A stretch of DNA of 64,000 nucleotides. It comes from Antedon mediterranea (taxonomy: Eukaryota; Animalia; Echinodermata). The position numbers and the translations under genes were made by a program. The notes under the pieces were generated by a model. It ran no database searches. It saw only the letters and a list, made by a program, of their open reading frames with translations, and was not told the origin of the DNA. Positions 53,402-64,000 of the stretch are shown here, piece by piece. The stretch spans positions 13,006,795 to 13,070,794 of the forward strand of contig NC_092670.1 in the NCBI RefSeq assembly GCF_964355755.1, in the 5' to 3' direction. Positions within the stretch are counted from its first letter, which is position 1; each line of letters begins with the position of its first letter.

Positions 53402-55290
53402 TGTTTATGATAGGGCGTATTATGATATAATTGCCTTTATATTAGTTTAAAAAAGAAAATAATAATAATAAAATACTCAACTTCAGTTCGGATACGTTTT
53501 TGAACTTTTGATTTAAAATTAATTATATTAACTAACAATACTAAAACTATTACTATTATTATTAAAATAATATTGTAATTATTAGTGTGGCAGATTGGTA
53601 GATTTTTTTGCCATTGCTATTACGCAATAATATCGAATACTGTTCTTAGATTCGGTACTCTAATGTAACGTCATTCTATTATTGGAAGTGTTTGTGTGAC
53701 GACACAATAAATAAATTAAGCACTGAGAATCCGAGCTTTTCTATTCAGAGGGCGCTCTATTTACATAAGGTCCAAAATTGATGAGATACGATGACGTCAC
53801 CAATATTTTGATTTTCTTGAAAAAGGCATGTTACTGTAGTATACTATTTACAAACAAATCCCACCAAAAACAAACTTATAATTAAAAATATATTTATTTT
53901 TGTTATCGAACATTCTTCTTTTAATTTTCATATCAACTAATTGTATTTTTTTTTCTCTTTTGTGGGGGCAACCCACTTTTATTGCAATGATAAACAATAT
54001 GGTGAAGGTTACAGCATATATTTCTATCTATCTATTTATCAATGAATATTTAAGTGATATTACACAGACAGAGGTTAAAAGATTATATAAAATATTTTGA
54101 TATTGTGTTGAAATCTAGATAAAACAAACATGTATACAGAGAACATTTATATTACAGAGCTAAAACGATATAAAGATTGATATTCAGTATTAAAAAGAGA
54201 TTCGATATAATATAAATATATATGATAAAATGGTATATTGCATTATAAGATTATGTTTTGTTTGAATACTTTTATAAAATTGTATAGTTTTACATTTTGA
54301 AATTTTAGTGACCTTTTTGCTCTTTTATAATTAATTAGCTAATGTCGATTTTTTTTATCGAAAATTGTTAATTTCTGCTCCATATATTGGCTATCGAAAC
54401 ATCGCTTTTTAGTGACTTTTATACTCGAGCATTGCTTTATAATACTGTACAGTATATATTTTTCCTATTGGCCATTGATCATCGTATTGTTATTGGTTCT
54501 GCTCTATTGGTATCAGCCATTTTGTTACCTTTTTTGCTCTATTAATTTGGCCATTTAACATTTTATTTTAGTGAAATTGTTTTGCTCCATTTGCTCTCAA
54601 ACATCGTTCTTTTAATTACTGTTCTACTTCATTGGATCTACATTGTGTATTTTAGTGACTTCTTTGCTCTACTGCTGACCATTGTATTTTTTTTTTGTTA
54701 CTTTCTTGCTCTGTTGGCAATTGAATGTTGTTCTTTGTTTACCTGTTTTTTTAATTACTTTTTTCTCAATCGACCATTGTATTTTTGTTTATTTGATATT
54801 AGCTTTTCTGCTTGATATCAAAACTGTTATTTTGATATTATTAATGGCGATTTTCTTCTCTTGACTAAACTATTATAATAATAACTACTATTTATAATAA
54901 TGCTAGTATCCAAATATTATACCTGTGTGCTACATTAATGCCATAATAACAATATTCTGTTATACACCAGTATACAATATGATTTGAGAATTATAGTGAT
55001 TTGTTTATTTGTTGTTATGATAGCCTAAAGAATGATGAAATTATAAATGATTTACTGTAAAATAATGTTACCAGTTTATTTATTTTATACGTAGCTATAA
55101 ATAATTTCGTAAATGCCATACAATGATAACAAAATCGACATATCATATCGACCTGTATATAATATATACAATATATATAATATAATACGTTTTTTATTTG
55201 TATGACAATTTTGAATTCACAGTATATAACCCCTCCTTGGGACACCAGGAGATGCTTTCCTATGACATAAGTGATGGGGATCTTAATTAA

Positions 55291-56586
55291 AACATGGACG
55301 GCAAACCCCTACTCAGAGACCGAAGGTGTCTCATTAATAGAGCTTCTACTGTTAACACATGGACGGCAAACCCCTACTCAGAGACCGAAGGTGTCTCATT
55401 AATAGAGCTTCTACTGTTAACACATGGACGGCAAACCCCTACTCAGAGACCGAAGGTATCTCAATAATAGAGCTCTACTGTTAACACATGGACGGCAAAC
55501 CCCTACTCAGAGACCGAAGGTGTCTCAATAATAGAGCTTCTACTGTTAACACATGGACGGCAAACCCCTAATCAGAGACCGAAGGTGTCTCATTAATAGA
55601 GCTTCTACTGTTAACACATGGACGGCAAACCCCTACTCAGAGACCGAAGGTGTCTCATTAATAGAGCTTCTACTGTTAACACATGGACGGCAAACCCCTA
55701 ATCAGAGACCGAAGGTGTCTCATTAATAGAGCTTCTACTGTTAACACATGGACGGCAAACCCCTACTCAGAGACCGAAGGTGTCTCATTAATAGAGCTTC
55801 TACTGTTAACACATGGACGGCAAACCCCTACTCAGAGACCGAAGGTGTCTCAATAATAGAGCTTCTACTGTTAACACATGGACGGCAAACCCCTAATCAG
55901 AGACCGAAGGTGTCTCATTAATAGAGCTTCTACTGTTAACACATGGACGGCAAACCCCTACTCAGAGACCGAAGGTGTCTCATTAATAGAGCTTCTACTG
56001 TTAACACATGGACGGCAAACACCTAATCAGAGACCGAAGGTGTCTCATTAATAGAGCTTCTACACTGTTAACACATGGACGGCAAACCCCTAATCAGAGA
56101 CCGAAGGTGTCTCAATAATAGAGCTTCTACTGTTAACACATGGACGGCAAACACCTAATCAGAGACCGAAGGTGTCTCATTAATAGAGCTTCTACTGTTA
56201 ACACATGGACGGCAAACCCCTAATCAGAGACCGAAGGTGTCTCATTAATAGAGCTTCTACTGTTAACACATGGACGGCAAACCCCTAATCAGAGACCGAA
56301 GGTGTCTCATTAATAGAGCTTCTACTGTTAACACATGGGCGGCAAACCCCTAATCAGAGACCGAAGGTGTCTCATTAATAGAGCTTCTACTGTTAACACA
56401 TGGACGGCAAACACCTAATCAGAGACCGAAGGTGTCTCATTAATAGAGCTTCTACTGTTAACACATGGACGGCAAACCCCTAATCAGAGACCGAAGGTGT
56501 CTCATTAATAGAGCTTCTACTGTTAACACATGGACGGCAAACCCCTAATCAGAGACCAAAGGTGTCTCATTAATAGAGCTCTACTG
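55291..56586. repeat. 65-bp minisatellite, about 20 highly homogeneous copies
   Basis: Unit ACACATGGACGGCAAACCCCTA(C/A)TCAGAGACCGAAGGTGTCTCATTAATAGAGCTTCTACTGTTA; no spacers. Confidence 0.97.
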
Positions 56587-59500
56587 TATTGTTGAAAATA
56601 TAACTATTATGATTCAATAAAGTTAATATATTTACATTATAGTAATGCTATATAGAAATTTAATAATCTCGAGGCCTACATTTTGTCGATATGCATATAT
56701 GTTTAAAATGACAGACTATCAATACAGTTATTTCATATCGAAATTGTATATTATTTAGATTAACAGATCTATATTTATATGAATATTAATATTTCAATAA
56801 ATATGATTATCACTATCAAAACAATAGAATTTCAATATCTATTTTGATGAGAGAAGAGTTTAGCATTATTTTTTATTTAGGCGTAAATGTGAAATAATCT
56901 CGCTTTTCTCTAACATGTTGTTGGCTTGCTTTTGTTTAATGATGAAGATTAAACATATAAATTAATGATTGTATAACCTGCACATGTTCTCTGTTGAATT
57001 AGGCCTACATTCTTGGAAATCAATATACCGTTCGACAGGTTGTTACTTGCCTGCTGCTGCTGGTAAATGTAATACTTTCTTACAGGGGGATTGCCTTAAT
57101 GTTTTATTTGGGTTACAGTTTGTCATGGTCACAGTTACATTAATTGCAGTCAGTTGCATATCAATTCAGTTATTTTTGTTTAAACATAAGTTAAATATTA
57201 TATTTGTTCTGATCGTGGAATACAGATAAAACAATGGTTGATTTTAGCTACATTTACTTAGGCTATCTTTTTGACAACATACACAATAAAGTGACGCGTC
57301 ATAGCCTATATAACAGCCGATTAATCGCATTAACCTCTGACATCAATCGCAATAAAATACCTATGAGTATAGAATAATATCTATTACAACCTATAAAGTT
57401 ACATTTTAATCCAACAAATAATCAATAAATGTTTTATATACAATTTACGTACCTAAGTTTACACTTTCGCTTGACTTTCATCTTGAAAATTTCTGACGCA
57501 ACTGCGCATGACACAGACCGTTCGTAAAAAAATAACTTTTTAAATAGAAAGTTTTAAATCGTTTGTTGGTTTTAGTTTAATGTACCGCATTATATACTAT
57601 TAATTTTTTAAGTACATAAATATATTATATTCTTGGTGGACATCAAATTATTATTGTTTATAATAACATGATCACGTGATGATAGAGAAGGTTGTAAGAT
57701 CATCAACGAAATTGCACGATTAAGAACATCTTTTTTGAAACAATGTTATATAGATGATATAATAGTTAAAAAAAGAAATTAGTAATTTATCATCACAAAT
57801 ACCATTTCACAAAAACAAGAATTTAAAACAAAACAAATCAACGAGAACGGGAACAAACAGTTAGGTTACGTTATATAATTTGAATTTTTTTTTAAATAAT
57901 TTAAATCAACGATAAAAAGACTTTTTACAGTACAGTAATATTAAAATAAATATTTTAAATTTATAATACAATTGTATTTTTTTGTCCATTTGTTTACATT
58001 TCTATAAACAATATATTCGATTTTAATTATACAAATGCATGTACGAGTCTTACGTCAAGGTGTGCCGTTGTATCATGCCATTTGCTTACAATGTAGGCCT
58101 AAATATTATTATTCAATAAACAAACAAGTTAGAACAAGGAAGATGAATAAATATATATAGTATATTTATACAATTTTTCGTTTTTGTATATTTCGTAATT
58201 GTTATAAATTAGAAACGATTTTTTTACTTTTCGATCACGAAAGTTGTATCGGTAAAACGTGCTGGGTTCAATGACATTGTATGTATGTATGTCACAACAA
58301 GCTAGCGTGTGACAATTTCACTGTCTGGGGACAAACATCAGGTTAAACATGCGAGAAAGAATCGGAAACCATTTAATGGTAAAATATAGGCTTAGTACAA
58401 GAAATTAACAATGCAATTAATTATTAAGAATGTATTTAGCATGATAAGGCCTATCATAATTATTTTCAATTCCATTTAGGCCCTATTGGCTGAGTAGCTT
58501 AGTGTCTTCTTAGCCCGCCTAACAATTTGTAACAGACGGTCAAGGAAAGGCCATAGGCCTATTAGGCTTGTGTAAACTTTCTACAAAATAATATACACGA
58601 CTGTTGTACGAAAGTCGTTTACTATGATTAAAAATTAAAAAAATTATGAAATGTCTATAAACTCTGTAACCAGTAAATATTGTCCTCTACTGTTCCGATT
58701 TTTTTTGTTTTATTTTAAAAGAACTTTTTAAAAAATAAATCGCCTACAAAAAAAAACACAAATTATTCATATTTTTTTTTAAAAGATAAAACAAATGTTC
58801 ACACAAGGCATTGTTACCATATAAAAATTTTTTCAATAAATTACCAACATGTTTAAGTTTTTCAATGAACTTTTCATAATTAATTATACAAAATAAGAGA
58901 AGTAAGAAAATAAATAAATGGCAAAAGAATAACGTTTAACATTTTTCAACGAATATTAAAAGTATTTGAATGTAACAATGGCAACATTAAATAATAACAT
59001 AGTAAGCACAACTACTGTATAACATGTTATGGCCATATCCTATAGGCCTATAAAACTATATTTTAATGAAATATTAGCCATATCCCCTCTGCAGCTGTCT
59101 TAATTAAATTATATTTATAAATATTTTGTAGACTTATATTCATTCATTTCTTCATCCATTCTGTCAGTATGTAATAAAAATAAATGTATTCTTAGAAATT
59201 AAGTATCAGACTTACACCATTATAGCACAATTTTGACTATTTAACAACGCTGTTGATTACATTCATTTATTTATAGGGTAAATAAACCAGAAAACGTGCT
59301 AGTTATTTTGTACATAACTTATTTATTTGATTTATTTTAAATTGTAACAATAGGACTAAAGAAAAAAACTATAGATGTACTGTATGTATTATTATGTGAA
59401 TAAAGTTGAATGAATGAATGAGATAGGCCATGACTTCTTATGGCTTATTTCTTCTAATGAGAACTTCATTTTTTTAGGTGAAAATAGGTAATTTATAAAT

Positions 59501-60037
59501 TGATTGTACAAAAACAAGCATGAAAGCTCATTTTCTTTCCTTGTGTCTTTAAATTCCCGTAATCTTGTTTTTCTGTTTTGTTTTGCATTTTAAAAATGTT
59601 TTGTGATTTTTAATAATGATTGAATGAAAATGTTGACATGAATAATAATTTGAAATAAATGAAATCGCTTTAATATAATATGATATAATGATAATGATTA
59701 TTAAAACCATTTATGATATACAATGCTGTAGGTATAACACAACTTATAGGATGTATTTTTCAAAGTGAAATTACACTTTTTTTCATTTTACTGTTTCATA
59801 ACATAACAAAGTACCATATACAATTTAAGTCCGTGATAGGCGTCACTCGCGATACATATTTTCATATTTATATAATTATATAGGCCTATGTACGTTTATA
59901 CCTTTTATGTGACTGTTCATATTCGTTGCAGTATACCGTTAATACAGTATGTTGTCTTGTCTCATAATGGCATTCATGATCTGTAAAAATATTTAAAAAC
60001 TTTTCTTACTTTTACAAGTCATATATTTATCTTAAAA

Positions 60038-60199
60038 GCTCTGTCTACACTTTCAAAAAAAGTGTGATGTGCCCAAAGAGGGTAGTGATATTCCCAAATC
60101 ACCTGCCCAAATATGCTAGTGATACGACACCATCATGTCCATATATGAGCACATCACATTTGTTTGTCATTTATAAAGTTTGATAGTGTAGACAGAGCT
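60038..60199. mobile_element. Small PIF/Harbinger-like MITE; further copies at ~4480-4616 and ~5633-5755
   Basis: TIR AGCTCTGTCTACACT...AGTGTAGACAGAGCT, three dispersed copies. Confidence 0.75.
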
Positions 60200-61327
60200 T
60201 TAATATATTGTTTATCAATCCGAGGATAATACTCCTGTTTTATCATTTTTTGCATTCGAAAATTAATATTACTATTATCAACTCATTTTAAATTAAATAA
60301 TTATTTAATAAGTATTATTATTTATTTCTTTAATAGGCCTAAATTATGAAAAATTTAACATTTATGACGGCTTCAAATAAGTGATCGATGAAGCATTTTT
60401 CAGGTGGTTGACTCGTGAAAATGTTTATTTATATTATATGCATACTATAACATTATTGTTTTATTACGATATTTAAATGTATTTTATCACCGTCTTTATT
60501 TTCATTGGTTGAATAATTAGATTTTATTCAACACACTTTTTTATTTTACAATTTAATTATTCTTAAAATTGTAAACGTAGTATAGTAACTTAAAAAAAAC
60601 AGGCTTCAAATCGGATTTACTTACCTGATCAGATATTTAAAATAATCAGTATAAACACACAACATCGTCCTTCGGATGAGATCAAATAGGTTGTTATCTC
60701 GGTTTATTTTAGTTCTCATGACTTCTGGTGAAGGGCAAGACGCTGGTTAGTATTGCATTCTCTAAATTCTTTGTTTATGAGATATTTTATTTTACACTTT
60801 CTTTCGCCTCCAATTTTCCGGACAGGTTTATACCTCACCCTTCTCCACTCCACATCGTCTTCTTGTTCCAGCATTTATTTTATTTCTCAGTTAATCCATA
60901 TTTTAATAAAATTCTTTATCTCACAGCCAAAGAGTCTTCCCAGACAATCGTTGTTGTATACCCAACGTCTTTGTTGACAAATCCGTCCATGATTCCATTA
61001 AGTTTTTAAAAATTATTTCCAATCCGATTTTCAATTAACCAGATAATAACTACGTGATCAACAATCCAGAAAGATATCTTATTTCTTCTTTTGTGAATTA
61101 AAATCCATCAACCAAATAATTCAAAGTTTAGACTAAAAACCGCTTAAAATCACACAATTCTGCAGTAGGTTTTCTTCTGTTTTCACGTAAAACCAGACCA
61201 CCTTATGGTACGGATAGTCACCTATTCATGATTACTGTAGCTAAAATGATTTGTCTATAGAAACCAATTATATACACATATTATTTCTCTGAACAAGAAA
61301 GGCGTGCATTCTCTAGAAAAATGATAC

Positions 61328-61640
61328 GGGGATTTTCCCTAACAATGCGGTTTTGTTTTATGTAGAGCGTCACATAATGAGCCGTATATTCAGTTATGAA
61401 TGAACATAATAGTATTTAATGTTATCGACCGCGATACATCCGGGCAAGTATGTAGACTTCAACCACATCTATGTTTGCAATGCTTTATTTTATTATATCT
61501 GTAATTGGATAAACGATTAAAGTGATGATAATGTTTCTAAAAAGAAAAAGGGGAATTCCCTTATGAACCCGAAGTCTGACATAACTCTGCAACTTCGTTT
61601 CTCATTGGCCAAGTGTTTATACTGACGTCATCATTTCCGG
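61328..61640. promoter_or_regulatory. Cluster of NF-kB, CCAAT, CRE and ETS-like motifs (promoter/enhancer)
   Basis: GGGGATTTTCCC 61328-61339, GGGGAATTCCC 61550-61560, ATTGG 61604-61608, TGACGTCA 61623-61630, TTTCCGG ~61634-61640. Confidence 0.5.
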
Positions 61641-62540
61641 ACATCGTAAATAAGACAAAAAGGGGATAATATCAGGGAAGAGAGAAATTCACTCTTCCAA
61701 ACTTCCCTTGCCTTTTATATTTCGTTTTGTCCTTTTCTTTGTATCGTATATGGCAGAAATTGAATAAAAAATAAGTAAAATATGCAGTAAGTATTGTAGG
61801 CCTACTAATACATATAAAAACAAAAACAATAATTTAATTAAATAAATATCTTTAAAAAATCAAATAATACGGTAAGAAACCTCTGTGTTGTGCCCAAATA
61901 TGGTGTGATAGGTCCATCGCACATCACATATCCAGTGTATAAATATTGTATTTTGGTTAACATCATGGAAAGGATAGACCAACAAGATGTATATACACAG
62001 TATACTAGACCTATTATTCCATCTATAATAACAAATAATGAAATGTACTAAAAATATCAATTGTAGGCCTAGTCATGTCCATAATTGAATCATCAATAAT
62101 TAGTGAAGTTTATAACAGTGGTAGTCAAGTCCCGCAGGCAATTGAGAACAATCGGGGATATTATTATTATATTATCGGAAACAAGAGTGAAAGTTTGTGA
62201 GTACCGATCTCTGTTTGTAGGCATAAGTCTATTTTACAATAAATTATTGCTAAATATTATTATACTTCTGTCTAAAATTTTACACATTTGTGGTGATTGA
62301 ACGATTTTATCAGGTCTGTATACACACTGTTGCTGTATGTTTTTAAAATGATTTATACCTTTTATAACTGTTATATATATTTAATACCTTTAATGCCTAT
62401 GTTAAAATATTTATATATACAGTAGTTTTATTTCTGTTTTAATTTTCATTTTACTTGTATAATGTTTGTGTGCTGCCCTCATGAGATTATATCAAATGAT
62501 ATGAGGGCGTTTTCCAAACCGTTGCTATCAACCGCGAAAG

Positions 62541-63789
62541 ATGGCGGAAGAATTAAAAAGGTTTGTTGATTTTCGTATATTTATGTTTTTGTACACTATG
62601 ATTGTTGTTTATGCCAGTATGTAATTGAAATATATTTTTTAATACGGTATGATCCAATGTAATAAATGTTGTTTATTTACAGATTTATTTAATTTTGTTC
62701 AAAGCTATGTAAATTAGGCTAATAAGGGCCTAGGCCCTAGGCTAGAGGCTAGCTATGGCTAGCTAGGCTAGGCTAGGCCTACCTAGTACTCTAGTAGGCC
62801 TACTACTACTAGGCCTAGGCCCAGGCCTAGCTTGATAGAGGAGTTAGAGAGGGTTAGGCTAGGCCTAGCTAGTACTACTACTAGCCGGGTCGGAGCGCCT
62901 GGCCAAAGGCAGCTAGGCCTGTATCTAGCTAACTACCTCTAGCTAATAGGATGCCTAGGCTAGGCTAGCCTATAATAATATAGCCTAGCCTAGTAAACTA
63001 GCTAGTGTACTGTAGGTCTAGGCTAGTAGTAGGCCTAGTAAGCTTTAATTGTAGTACTAAATGATTATGTAGCCTAGCTAGGCCTAGGCTGAACTTCAAA
63101 GAAATCAAAGTTTAATCTTTCAATCATCTTTTTATAATTGACGGTGAAAAATAAAAATTCTGGCCATATTTTCATTCTCTCTCTACAATATCTCTGTTCT
63201 GTTTATATTTTCACAAAAAACATGACTTTCGCACCTACCTAGGTAGTAGAAGCCTAAATTTAAATTGTTTTGGCATATTTAGGGCAATGAAGTGCATTTA
63301 ATACAGGTAGGCCTATTGGCCTAGGCTAGTAGTAGTGTAGTGACAGTTATCAAACCAACACTTTTTACTACGAATTTCAAATGTTTTTTATACTGTAGCA
63401 CTTTATTTTACATTTATTTGAATCTTTACTATTTAGCCTAGTATTACAACTCTCTGGTATTACTAATTAGTAATAGTTACTAGATCATCGATATGTGTAC
63501 TCTCCAATTACCGAAAACCCTTGAGCTTTCCTAATAATGTCTTGGTTTTCTGGAGGAAACTCTGGAATTCCGAATGTTTTTGGACCTCACTCATCAAGAA
63601 AATCTGTTTTTATGAGAGTTTCTGGTTTTCAGAGAGTATTGGAAGAGATGACTATGAATTAATAATAATTTATATATTTAATGTGCCAATTTATTGTTTT
63701 CCTTACCAAGGCAAACATCGTGGGACTTTGGCTCTCCCATTAAGCCGTGCACTTACCCAACAGCATCATCTCAATTAAGCGCCTCAATG
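62541..63789 (+). CDS. Probable first two coding exons of an unrelated plus-strand gene running out of the window (MAEELKRQTSWDFGSPIKPCTYPTASSQLSASM...)
   Basis: AAGATGGCG (YY1/Kozak-like) start. Exon 62541-62560 ends phase 2 before GTTTGT. Exon 63711-63789 follows a pyrimidine-rich acceptor, ends before GTGAGT, and is open only in the matching frame. No family recognised. Confidence 0.45.
62720..63090. repeat. CTAG/AGGCCT-rich low-complexity tract in first intron of the plus-strand gene
   Basis: Dense TAGGCCTA/GCTAG motifs; a similar tract occurs at ~36130-36205. Confidence 0.8.
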
Positions 63790-64000
63790 GTGAGTTTATT
63801 ATGAAAATAATTATAGGAAACCACTCACAGATTATATTATTATCTAACCAAGAGCTTGATTGTTTACTTAAGAAAAGATTGTCTTTTAATTTCACTGAGT
63901 TGAGTAGTATGATTGGAGCAAGGACTGGTGGTGTCATCATAATAAACACCACTTTGGACTTGGTCTCAATCAGCTCTGCAATTTGAAGTGGATACTTAGG

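Noticed and set aside
55291-56586. CRISPR-like array with hairpin repeat
   Set aside because: Units are contiguous with no unique spacers, there are no cas genes, and the context is eukaryotic.
60625-61110. Minus-strand coding exon
   Set aside because: All frames are interrupted by stops and no domain is recognisable; kept only as a possible non-coding exon.

Overview
This is AT-rich, intron-containing animal genomic DNA. An invertebrate deuterostome such as an echinoderm is my inference from SINE types and protein style. The window is dominated by a minus-strand tandem cluster of five paralogous modules (A 2.05-5.3 kb, B 15.9-20.1 kb, C 30.1-33.1 kb, D 34.0-39.3 kb, E 43.7-46.3 kb). A, B, C and E encode apparently cytosolic proteins: Tyr-motif N-tail, ZU5 with an HF|S/T autoproteolysis motif, short UPA-like region, divergent death domain, acidic/YQN C-tail (UNC5/UNC5CL/PIDD-like architecture). 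I reconstructed exon chains by hand; all are GT-AG and phase-consistent. Module D is a chimera: tandem DED-like domains and a TRADD-N-like domain are spliced, via an acceptor inside old ZU5 coding sequence, onto a UPA-DD module whose HF(S/T) motif has become QDT. It can splice in frame onward into module C (about 1067 aa). The genes share upstream AP-1/kB-like modules and duplicated non-coding blocks. Intergenic DNA holds HINE/DINE-like elements, MITEs, SINEs (one with a 5S+tRNA head), two Penelope-type minimal hammerhead ribozymes and minisatellites. A probable unrelated plus-strand gene starts at 62541. All domain and repeat-family calls are by eye, with no database search.
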